Assembly: GCA_965277805.1 (NCBI GenBank)
Contig: OZ255842.1
Coordinates: 1,280,001 to 1,344,000 of the forward strand
Direction: 5' to 3'
Length of the DNA: 64,000 nucleotides
Source of the DNA: Candidatus Lustribacter sp.
GTDB lineage: Bacteria; Vulcanimicrobiota; Vulcanimicrobiia; Vulcanimicrobiales; Vulcanimicrobiaceae
Within the stretch, counting starts at the first letter, position 1, and the number at the start of each line of letters is the position of its first letter. Below the pieces are notes generated by a model. That model searched no databases. It was not told the origin of the DNA and worked only from the letters and a program-made list of their open reading frames with translations. This document shows, piece after piece, positions 49,557 through 57,715 of this stretch. The translations under genes were made by a program, and so were the position numbers.

Positions 49557-49585
49557 TTGCGCCATAGTGCTAGTTTTGATACACT
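49557..49585 (+). promoter_or_regulatory. Putative sigma70 promoter
   Basis: TTGCGC-N17-TACACT with TG extension, upstream of the FmdB-family gene. Confidence 0.5.
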
Positions 49586-49621
49586 GTTCGACGATCCGAT
49601 CTTGCGTTCTGGGAGTTAACC

Positions 49622-49975
49622 TTGCCACTTTACGAATATCAATGTCGCGCGTGCCGGAAGACGGCGGAAGTGCGCCATGGCTTCAAGGAAACGTTCGAGG
49701 GCAAGTGCGAGGCCTGCGGCGGCGAGATGGCGCGCGTGTTCACCCCGGCCGGAATCGTCTTCAAAGGCTCGGGCTTCTACCTGACGGATTCGCGCTCGGC
49801 GGCCGAAGCGAAGTCAGCGGCCGCGAGCAAGAGCTCAACGTCGAGCGAGGGCTCCACGGCCACCCCCGCGGCGTCCTCGTCGGAAGGCTCGTCGTCCACC
49901 CCGGCCGCCGCGGCAACGCCGGCTCCGGCCGCTGCGGCGACCCCCGCGCCGTCTAAGTCCGAAAGCGCCGCTTAG
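49622..49975 (+). CDS. FmdB family zinc-ribbon protein
   Basis: MPLYEYQCRAC...CEACGG...FKGSGFYLTD with a low-complexity S/A tail. Confidence 0.93.
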   Translation: MPLYEYQCRACRKTAEVRHGFKETFEGKCEACGGEMARVFTPAGIVFKGSGFYLTDSRSAAEAKSAAASKSSTSSEGSTATPAASSSEGSSSTPAAAATPAPAAAATPAPSKSESAA

Positions 49976-49985
49976 GCCGTCGGCG

Positions 49986-50300
49986 ATGGATCCGTCCGCC
50001 CTGGTAAGGATCGGCTCCATCGTTGCCGTTCTGATCTTTCTCGATTTGCTGTTCGTCGAGCTGCGACGCATTTTCCGCGAAGGCAAACGCATCGTCGTGC
50101 GCCTCGCCGGATACGCCGACTTGCCGATCTTCGATCTCCTCGCCGCGAGCGAGCACGACATCAACCGCATCGTCACCGCGATCGACGCGCTCGCGTCGCT
50201 CGCTGACCGCACCCAAATCGCGCTCGAGTCGCTGCGCCGCGTTTATCGTCCGAAGGGTTCGTCGCCGGGCGGAGTGCCGAAGGGCGTGTCGCCGGGCTGA
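49986..50300 (+). CDS. Hypothetical membrane protein
   Basis: N-terminal TM and helical region; 3' end overlaps the convergent gene by 58 bp. Confidence 0.6.
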   Translation: MDPSALVRIGSIVAVLIFLDLLFVELRRIFREGKRIVVRLAGYADLPIFDLLAASEHDINRIVTAIDALASLADRTQIALESLRRVYRPKGSSPGGVPKGVSPG

Positions 50301-51595
50301 GCCTCGGGATGCCCCTCGGGCGGCTCCCAGTTCCATCCGAAGCCGGCCCGTTCTTCGGGATCGGGCGACAGGCCGAACGGATCCGGATCCTCCGGCAGCG
50401 CGAACGGTGTCCCGAGCGGTGACGGGCGTCCAGCCGGCGGCGGCACACCGAACGGCGCCGGGTCGGGCATGCCGAAGGCGGGCATTTGGCCCGGAGTGCT
50501 CGGCACCCCGAACGGTGCCGGTGTGGCCGGAGCCGGCGGCGGCGGTGCGAACGGCGCTGCCGGTTGCGGCGGCGCCGCCGGTTGGGCCGGTGCGGCCGGC
50601 GGCGGAGCGACCGCGGGCTGTGGCGGTGCCGCGGCCGGCGGTTGTGCGCCCGGCGGCGGCAGCACCGGCGGAAACTCGGCGCCGGGCATCGAGGCGGCGT
50701 AGGCCGGCGGCGGCGTGACCGGTGCCGGACCGGGGATCGGAGCCCCAGGCGGCGCGCCGGGTGCAGCCGGCGCTTTTGGTGCGACGGCTGCGGCTGCGGC
50801 GGCTGCTACCGCGGCGCGGCGCTGCTCGAGTTCCGCCATCTCGGCAGCCGTTTCTTCCCGGAAGAGCGTGCCGGCCGAGGCGCGCACCGGTTCGCCCGCG
50901 CCGAGCGCGACGAGCACGAAACGTGAGAGCGGCGAGAGCTGGGCCTCGGGGCTTTGCGCGAGCTCGCGCAGTTCGTCGAGATAGGCCTGCGGCATCTGTT
51001 CGACTTCCATCGCGTCGAGGATCAATCCGACCGTCTCTTCGACCGCGAAGCGCGGCGCCAAACGCGTGAACGTGAATTGCTGCATCAGCACGTCGGCTTT
51101 GACCATTGCGAGCAGCTTGCGCCAGTAGTCGATGGGCTTGTACTCTTCGAATGCGCCGGCTTCATATTTCGCGCGCGAATACAGCTCGGAGATGCGTTTA
51201 CCTAACGGATCGGAGGGCGGCGCGGGCTCGACGATGATGATGCGCTTGCCGACGCGCGCAAGTTCCCACACGATCTGCGTGTGGAACGTCGGATCGATTT
51301 CGTGCAAGTAATGGAACGCAACGATCGCATCGAAGCTGCTATCGCGCGCCGGAATCAGCGTGGTGCTGCCGCGCAAGGTGGGAATGCCGAGCGTTTCCAG
51401 TTCCGCGAGCTTCGCTGCATCCGATTCAATGACGCTGACGTCGACGCCGATCTCGATCGCGCGCTTCACCCACAGCCCGTCGTTCGCAAAGCCGCAGAAA
51501 AGAACGCGGTCGCCGCGTACGAGCGACATCGCGTCCCAGATGAGTTGGTCGATCCGGCGCGATTCGCGCAGAAACTCGGCAGCGTAATCCAGCAT
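50243..51595 (-). CDS. Class I SAM-methyltransferase-like domain with long Pro/Ala-rich tail
   Basis: Start ATG 51595; IPARDSSFDAIV..HYLHEI..ELARV..IIIVE; glycine-rich motif I is degenerate. Confidence 0.8.
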   Translation of the reverse strand: MLDYAAEFLRESRRIDQLIWDAMSLVRGDRVLFCGFANDGLWVKRAIEIGVDVSVIESDAAKLAELETLGIPTLRGSTTLIPARDSSFDAIVAFHYLHEIDPTFHTQIVWELARVGKRIIIVEPAPPSDPLGKRISELYSRAKYEAGAFEEYKPIDYWRKLLAMVKADVLMQQFTFTRLAPRFAVEETVGLILDAMEVEQMPQAYLDELRELAQSPEAQLSPLSRFVLVALGAGEPVRASAGTLFREETAAEMAELEQRRAAVAAAAAAAVAPKAPAAPGAPPGAPIPGPAPVTPPPAYAASMPGAEFPPVLPPPGAQPPAAAPPQPAVAPPPAAPAQPAAPPQPAAPFAPPPPAPATPAPFGVPSTPGQMPAFGMPDPAPFGVPPPAGRPSPLGTPFALPEDPDPFGLSPDPEERAGFGWNWEPPEGHPEAQPGDTPFGTPPGDEPFGR

Positions 51596-51666
51596 AGCAG
51601 CGCCAAACGGTTCGGCGGCCAAGAGAGCCCGCCCTCGGGTCGCGTGTAGGGTTAAGGTAAAAGCAG

Positions 51667-52053
51667 CTAGACGCCCGTCAGCCGGCGGCACCCCGGATCG
51701 GCACCAAATCTGTTCGGCCCGCGGGTCCCATCACTGCAATACCAAACGAGCAAAACGATTGCGCCCAGCACCGGTACGAGCCCCAACAGATACCACCAGC
51801 CCGTCCGGTTCACGTCGTGAAGTCTGCGTACGCTGACCGCCAGATGCGGCACTAACGTGCCGAAAACGACGATCGAATATAAGACGATCGCCAACGCGGG
51901 AAGCACGAGCATCGCAAAGTAGCTTACGACGCCTGCAAGCAAGATCGTAAGCGAGTGGAAGAGCGTAAAGTACCAATACTCTAAGCGTCGTGCGCGGCCG
52001 TCAAACGACGCGTATCGAGCCAATGACAGTCTGACCGCTTCGAAGAGGCTCAT
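51667..52053 (-). CDS. DUF805 family membrane protein
   Basis: Start ATG 52053; FDGRARRLEYW, VRRLHD...GWW, G.NRFG. Confidence 0.93.
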   Translation of the reverse strand: MSLFEAVRLSLARYASFDGRARRLEYWYFTLFHSLTILLAGVVSYFAMLVLPALAIVLYSIVVFGTLVPHLAVSVRRLHDVNRTGWWYLLGLVPVLGAIVLLVWYCSDGTRGPNRFGADPGCRRLTGV

Positions 52054-52143
52054 AGATCGCCACCACATTAGGCACCAAAGGCAGTCGGTTGCTTCGCCTA
52101 GATGGTACTCCGCCGGCAAGCCCCTTGTTTCAGGGATGGACGT

Positions 52144-52344
52144 TTAGCGGCGGCCCTGGCCCTCTTGCGGTGCAGATGACGCGGTAGCCCCGCGATCCGC
52201 TTCCGAGCGGCGTCGTCTTCGGAGAATCGCGCGCTGCGCGCGGCGCGTAGCCCACGACGTGAGGCGGTTCGGACAGTCGTCGCGATGATCGTGGTACGTG
52301 ATGCCGTCGCGCAAGGTAACAGTCGGGCAGTCGCAGGCGAACAT
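52144..52344 (-). CDS. Small hypothetical protein with CxC...HxH...C motif
   Basis: MFACDCPTVTLRDGITYHDHRDDCP; GGGTAC lies 9 nt before the ATG. Confidence 0.5.
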   Translation of the reverse strand: MFACDCPTVTLRDGITYHDHRDDCPNRLTSWATRRAQRAILRRRRRSEADRGATASSAPQEGQGRR

Positions 52345-52421
52345 ACGCGAAACGTACCCGCCGGTCGACGGGCCGGATCATGCGCATGTTCGGTGTGACA
52401 TCGCGCACCGTCGCGTGAGGC

Positions 52422-52658
52422 TTACCGCCCTGAATCGGGAACGTGCTGGACCACGAGCACGCCGTGGCTGCCAGCCGTAACGAGGTGTACGTCTTGTCGG
52501 AGGGTGCCAACGACCACTGCCGGCCCGTTGAAATCGTCAATATCTTCGATCTGCACGGGATCGCCTAGGCCGTCGTAGCCGTTCTCGTTGTCGGCGTATT
52601 TCTCCGAGCCGATATTGCCGAGGTCCATGTCCTGCTCGCAATTCGATAGCGGATTCAT
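52422..52658 (-). CDS. Small acidic hypothetical protein
   Basis: GC-rich third codon positions. Start ATG 52658 or 52628 (MDLGNIGSEKYADNENGYDG...). Confidence 0.45.
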   Translation of the reverse strand: MNPLSNCEQDMDLGNIGSEKYADNENGYDGLGDPVQIEDIDDFNGPAVVVGTLRQDVHLVTAGSHGVLVVQHVPDSGR

Positions 52659-52706
52659 CCGGCGGCCGGTTGCACACTGTTTTCCCGGCGCAAGCTCTTT
52701 CGACAC

Positions 52707-52940
52707 TCAAAAGGGGCGAAGTGCGCTTGCGCGCACTCGCACGAAGCGCTGGCAGTTCGAACACTTGGGTACGTAGGTGTCGGCAACGACTTCGGCCGTG
52801 GCTTCAGCGAGATGGGCGCGGCAAGCGGTGACGATGACGCGGCCAGCCTGCACGCGGAGCGATTCTGACTATCGCTCACCGAGGTCGAGATGCGCGCGGC
52901 TGGAAGCCGCCCGGACCCAACGCGCGGGCGCCTTGGTCAT
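52707..52940 (-). pseudogene. Small zinc-finger-like gene with in-frame TAG at codon 24; paralog of 53148..53444
   Basis: MTKAPARWVRAASSRAHLDLGER*SESLRVQAGRVIVTACRAHLAEATAEVVADTYVPKCSNCQRFVRVRASALRPF; about 45/69 identical to the divergent neighbour by manual alignment. Confidence 0.8.
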
Positions 52941-53147
52941 GGGCTAGTCTAGCTCGCCGGCCCGCGCGGACAAGTGTGACGGAGTGCCGTTTGTAACGTG
53001 ATCTTAGCGGCTACCAATCGGCGAGTGCGCGCATGCCACAGCCGAGGGCCCTTTCTGTCTTTTGGCTGTGAGCCGAACTAATGTGATCACACGCTAAGTT
53101 CCCGGTACAAATCAGCGAAGTGCGTCCGATCGGGGAAGACGTGGACA

Positions 53148-53444
53148 ATGACCACTTCGCTCCCACGCTGGGTCCGTGCCGCTACGGGCCGTGCTCACCT
53201 CGATCTCGGCGAACGGGCCGCTAAAAGTCTTCGCGTCCTATCCGAACACGTCATCGTGACGGCCTGCCGCGCACACGTCGACGCAAGAGCCGAGCCCGTG
53301 GCCGACAATCATCAGCCACTGTGCTCAAACTGCCAGCGCATCGCCCGCGTCCACGTAACACGACAGACTTCTGATATTTTTGGTGATCATCGGAGGCCGG
53401 CATCGCCGCCGGTGCGTGATCCTCTCGCGGAGAAAGGCCGGTAG
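53148..53444 (+). CDS. Small putative zinc-binding protein (H...C...CxxC)
   Basis: RAHLDL..TACRAH..CSNC; amino-acid conservation with the inverted paralog supports coding status. Confidence 0.75.
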   Translation: MTTSLPRWVRAATGRAHLDLGERAAKSLRVLSEHVIVTACRAHVDARAEPVADNHQPLCSNCQRIARVHVTRQTSDIFGDHRRPASPPVRDPLAEKGR

Positions 53445-53508
53445 CGCGCGCGGCCTTGCGAGGATGCCTGGCGTCACCAACTGCGCTTATCGCCGTGCGC
53501 CGAGAACG

Positions 53509-53529
53509 TGGGGAAGGTGGGACTCGAAC
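53509..53529 (-). repeat. att-like direct repeat: copy of the tRNA-Leu 3' end
   Basis: TGGGGAAGGTGGGACTCGAAC is identical to 56209-56229. Confidence 0.9.
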
Positions 53530-54039
53530 GCGCCCCTATAGGCGATAGTACAGCATGCTGGGGCCCTTCGCCGTACGCAACATGATAAGTTTTGACGAGC
53601 CAGGACGGCCGGCGGGTAGCAAACAGGTAGCCGGGATGACCCAATTCGACGTTCTTGCCCTGCCGCCTAAAAGAGCGGCCGATCGTTCATACCTGCTATG
53701 ACCTCACTCTTCAAGCCGAAGCGCTCACATGCCCGGCAACAGCCTCGCTAAAGTAGCTCTCAGCGTTGGGAGCGGATACTGCGCCAATTAGGTTTTCGGG
53801 CTCGATAGGAACCACGATTCCAGCAGCCTTTTTGTCTGAACGGCTCTATGTAGCGCCATATGTACGAGTCGTCGGATAGTTCTAGTGCCGCGCTCGGATG
53901 AGTCTTGTACCGTCCGACTAAGCGTATTTTGTCAGGCAGGTAGGTTGCGAAAGGCATCGCTGGTCCGGCGTCAGGTCCAGAGCGATTGGACGAGTGTGCA
54001 TACCGCGACCGTCGACATTGTTCCGCGGACCCCATTGTT

Positions 54040-54256
54040 GGATTTCCCGAGAACTCGCGACACCTGAGCGGGGTTCCAGGGGCCCGGTTCTGGTGGTTTG
54101 CGCGTCTCTGTTAAGCTGTTTAGCGATAGCGGCTAGCGACACGGAATCTATGAGCTCGGCGATCGTCTGCGCTATGTGGCTGTATGCAGATACGGCGCCG
54201 GCACTTATGACGGCAGACGCGATGGCGCGCCCTCGCGCGGGCGACATTAAAGCCAC
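54040..54256 (-). pseudogene. Remnant of a serine-recombinase C-terminal DNA-binding region
   Basis: IAELIDSVSLAAIAKQLNRDAQTTRTG, then a frameshift near 54080 to PWNPAQVSRVL; resembles the SL..IA..LN....T.RG..W...QV.RVL pattern. Confidence 0.65.
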
Positions 54257-54259
54257 CGG

Positions 54260-54757
54260 CTAAACTCGCGAGGTGGAAGGAGCTGGCCGCTTGCGATCGC
54301 GATACCATTTTTCGCTCTTCCCGTCGACAGCGCTTTGCAGTTCTCGGTATGCCGATCCAAGCTGGACTGCATTCGGCAATCCTAGAAGCGTAAACAGTCT
54401 GAGTGCGTACGGTGGGTGGATCCAGCCATCCCCATTGCATGCGTCTCGCACAGCTCTAGCGTTGCCCTGTGTAAGTTCCGGCGTGATGCGAGCGTCCAAC
54501 TCATCATCGCGCTGGCCCGCGATTTCCATTCCGACGTTCAGAAGAACGGCGAAACCTCTTCGAAAAAATTCGTCGGCCTCTGCTACTGCCGCTCCGAATT
54601 CTGGATCGTCACGTACTGATTTCACGGCGATGCCCCTCGCAACTGGTGCAGGACATGCCCTTAGCGATAACGCGTATAAATCCTCATCAGCCGACGACGA
54701 GGCGTCGATTCGTAGTCTGATCTGTACGGCAGCGCGGAACCGAATCGCAAGGTTCAT
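54260..54757 (-). CDS. Hypothetical protein (island cargo)
   Basis: 165-aa ORF in the island; no recognisable motif. Confidence 0.55.
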   Translation of the reverse strand: MNLAIRFRAAVQIRLRIDASSSADEDLYALSLRACPAPVARGIAVKSVRDDPEFGAAVAEADEFFRRGFAVLLNVGMEIAGQRDDELDARITPELTQGNARAVRDACNGDGWIHPPYALRLFTLLGLPNAVQLGSAYRELQSAVDGKSEKWYRDRKRPAPSTSRV

Positions 54758-55069
54758 CCGCCCGGTATTAGCCCTGGAGTATAACCAGCCAGGGAAGACC
54801 CGTATCGGGCGATCGCAACCTCCGCGTGCCGACGTCAGAGATTAGGCCGATTCGGACAGTTGCAAAAGAAGACCGCGTGCCAACCGATCGCGCCATCCCC
54901 GTCGCGTGGGTGCTAGTGTATGACGTTCATGACGCGGTGAGGGCGCTGCGTAGGTTGGCGAGCGGGGTCCTCAGAGGGGGTCATCGTGACAGACCACCCT
55001 TTGGGGTTCCAAATCGTAGCTGCAATTCGGTAAAGCTAGCGGCCGCAGTGTGGTCGGCGATTGTTGATA

Positions 55070-55738
55070 TTATTCCGGCGAGCTCCAGCGCAGGTCTGTG
55101 CATCCCTCCGCTAGTGCCTGCTCTACGACGCGCTCAGTAAGTAGCCGCTTCGAAGACAAATTCTTTCCGTAAGAGGCGATCACTGGAGATCTTTCGCGTG
55201 CCCTCTGCTTCGCCGTAGACTCGCTAAAGGCCATTACGATCACCGCGTCATCCCAGGTTACACGTTTACCGACTTTGTACGCGTATGGCGGCAAGGCGGA
55301 GGCTATTCGTGCCAAGGTAGCTTCGTCGATTGGTGAACGCCACGCGCAGGCACGAATCAGTTCATCCCATTGGTGACTAACCGTTTCGCGGTACATATTC
55401 AGCTCGGCACGTTCTCTGATATAGTATTGCTCTGCAAGTGCGAGGTTGTCCGGCCGAAGGAAGTAGTGCGTATCGAATTCATTGTCCGATACAAGCTCTA
55501 AAATCTCAACATGGAACGCACTCTCGCCGTCTACGCTGTAACGCGCAAACAATAGCGCGTCTCCGCTCTCTGGCAAACCCGCGCGCATTTTTCGAAAATG
55601 ATCGCGCAGCCGGCGCCCTATGTCTTTCGCCTCACCGACATATCGCTGCCCCGTGTCGGTATGCACAATGGCATATATGCCACTCTGGTCGATGAATTCG
55701 AGAGCTTGCTCCATCAGGCTGCGCTGCTCCATACTCAC
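55070..55738 (-). CDS. GIY-YIG nuclease family protein
   Basis: SGIYAIVHTDTGQRYVGEAKDIGRRLRDH, FHVEILE, EQYYI..LN. Confidence 0.88.
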   Translation of the reverse strand: MSMEQRSLMEQALEFIDQSGIYAIVHTDTGQRYVGEAKDIGRRLRDHFRKMRAGLPESGDALLFARYSVDGESAFHVEILELVSDNEFDTHYFLRPDNLALAEQYYIRERAELNMYRETVSHQWDELIRACAWRSPIDEATLARIASALPPYAYKVGKRVTWDDAVIVMAFSESTAKQRARERSPVIASYGKNLSSKRLLTERVVEQALAEGCTDLRWSSPE

Positions 55739-56208
55739 TTTTAGTCCTCACGGGATGGAGAGACGCTGCAGTATTGGGTCCGCAATCTGCCCAAGACTTC
55801 GAGGCAGAGATCGCGCAGGAGCTAACCGTTAATCGTAAGGACGCCCCGCAAGGCACGAAATCGCCGCTTGAGGCGCGAAGCGTCTGGGATGCCCGCAGCC
55901 TAACACCGTCATCCAGAACCGATTCGAAATGCTCCTTGCTCGGGTCGTTCGCTGCTCCTTGGTAACGCGAATACTTTCGTCGAGCCCGACGTTCCGGGCA
56001 CCACGCGACAACGGTCCGGTACACTGAGCCTTGACGACCTCGGGCCGCCGTTACCCCGCGACTCGGATCATATGGTTCCCGCCGGCGGACGCAGATAACG
56101 CGCTTCCGAAGACCTGACGGACTTGTCAGACGACGAAGCGCTAGACATTGTGGCGGGTCTCAAGCCCTCCGAGAGGGGCAAGACGCCACGGAGTAAGGGT
56201 TATTTGAA

Positions 56209-56291
56209 TGGGGAAGGTGGGACTCGAACCCACATGAGCTCTCACTCGGCTGCTTTTGAGGCAGCTGCGTCTACCATTTCGCCACTTCCCC
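56209..56291 (-). tRNA. tRNA-Leu (anticodon CAA)
   Basis: GGGGAAGTGGCGAAATGGTAGACGCAGCTGC-CT-CAA-AA-GCAGC, long variable arm, GTGGGTTCGAGTCCCAC-CTTCCCCA; CCA not encoded. Confidence 0.97.
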
Positions 56292-56336
56292 GGGCGCCTT
56301 GGGCGGTTCGCGGCTGACCGCTCGCACTCTTCTCGA

Positions 56337-57647
56337 TCAAACCATCGCGGTTTCGTGGCGTTCGACGACCTGGCGCACGATCTCCGCGTTCGGAACGCCA
56401 TCCGGCGCGACGACATCGAACGACAGCAACTCGCCGAACCGGTTCTGCGTGGCGTCGCGGACCAGGCCGATCGGTTCACGACCGGCCTTCAAGTCGTCGA
56501 TCGCTTTCAGCATCAAACGCCGAGCGGCGGCGATCGCGATGTCGCTCGTGGCGAGATGTTCCTTGGTGCGATTTTGGATGCGGCCGGGCGTTTCGGTTGC
56601 AAACGCGTCGTGCGTGTTGAAGTTAGTGCCCATCCCGGTGAAGTTTTCGTTCATCTTCGTGCGGTCTTGCATGAAGCGATTCGCTTGCGAGCGCGTGATG
56701 TGGTACTCATCGGAATACTCGCCCGGTTTGCGGAGGTGGTTGGGCAGACGGTGATCGTCGCTCAACGGTTGATCGCGGCGGACGAAGAAATTCCAGCGCC
56801 AGTGCGTTTGGTCGTCGATCGGCACGTGGAAGTGTCCGATTTGCCCGTCGCCGCCTTGCGGGCCCGCGATGACGGAGAAGTTCGGCATCCCGAAGTAGGT
56901 CACGCGCAAGTACTTGCGTCCCAGGCCCGCCGTGCGGTTCTGAAAGATGCGCACGCCGAACGCGGTGTCTTCCACTTCCAGGCGCGCGGGTTCGGCCGGA
57001 TTGATGTCGGCGAGCACCACGTCATCTTTCGCCATGCCCACCACGCGCAGCGCGCCGAAATTGAGTCCGGGACGACGGTTGGGATCGAATGATTTGTGCA
57101 AGAACCCCACGTGCGAGGGATCGTAGTTGCCCTCGTTCGCTTGCAAGTAGTTGCAGTCGATGAAGAGCTTGTGCACGTGGATGTTCGGTTCGGGATACGT
57201 GAAAAAATCGTAGTTCGGAAATACGGGCGGCTCGCCCGGGCCCATGTAGCAGAAGAACGCACCGGCACGTTCGACGACCGGATAGGATGTCTGGCGAATT
57301 TTGTCTTTGAACGTGCTCTCTTTCGGCTCTGCCGGCTGTTCGAGACATTTCCCGGTGACGTCGTAGAGCCAGCCGTGATAGAGACAACGCAGCCCGCCGT
57401 CTTCGAGCCGGCCGAACGAGAGATCGGTGCCGCGGTGACAGCAATGACGATCGAGCAAGCCGACGCGATGCTGCTGATCGCGGAAGAGCACGAGCTCTTC
57501 GCCGAGGATATCGACCGGCACCGGTGCGCCGCCGGCCGGCAATTCGCTTGAAAGCGCGATCGGCTGCCAGTACCGGCGCAAGAGTTCGCCGCCGGCGGTT
57601 CCCGGGTTGGTGCGCGTGAGCGCGTCGTTCTGTTCCTGCGTCAACAT
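56337..57647 (-). CDS. Rieske non-heme iron oxygenase (phthalate 4,5-dioxygenase/LigXa-like)
   Basis: Start ATG 57647; LLRRYWQP, CCHRG..CLYHGW, EGNYDPSHVGFLH. Confidence 0.93.
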   Translation of the reverse strand: MLTQEQNDALTRTNPGTAGGELLRRYWQPIALSSELPAGGAPVPVDILGEELVLFRDQQHRVGLLDRHCCHRGTDLSFGRLEDGGLRCLYHGWLYDVTGKCLEQPAEPKESTFKDKIRQTSYPVVERAGAFFCYMGPGEPPVFPNYDFFTYPEPNIHVHKLFIDCNYLQANEGNYDPSHVGFLHKSFDPNRRPGLNFGALRVVGMAKDDVVLADINPAEPARLEVEDTAFGVRIFQNRTAGLGRKYLRVTYFGMPNFSVIAGPQGGDGQIGHFHVPIDDQTHWRWNFFVRRDQPLSDDHRLPNHLRKPGEYSDEYHITRSQANRFMQDRTKMNENFTGMGTNFNTHDAFATETPGRIQNRTKEHLATSDIAIAAARRLMLKAIDDLKAGREPIGLVRDATQNRFGELLSFDVVAPDGVPNAEIVRQVVERHETAMV

Positions 57648-57715
57648 CGCTGCGATCCTCCGGCGGCTACGGGTAACGTGCTTATTGTTGCATGATTGAA
57701 CGACCTTCGCTGCGA

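Larger units (their letters stand above)
53509..56229. mobile_element. Decayed 2.7-kb genomic island integrated at tRNA-Leu
   Basis: 21-bp terminal direct repeats, visibly lower GC, recombinase remnant, GIY-YIG gene, no intact integrase. Confidence 0.8.

Noticed and set aside
52869-52871. Pyrrolysine decoding of the in-frame TAG
   Set aside because: No pyl genes or tRNA-Pyl in the window, and TAG is an ordinary stop for many genes here. A recent nonsense mutation or base-call error is simpler.
55070-55738. GIY-YIG gene as the homing endonuclease of the L2500 intron
   Set aside because: It lies 31 kb away in a separate island; nothing in the sequence links the two.
55740-56208. Integrase remnant next to tRNA-Leu
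   Set aside because: Short ORFs read toward the att site, but I could not recognise a recombinase motif; a translated search is needed.
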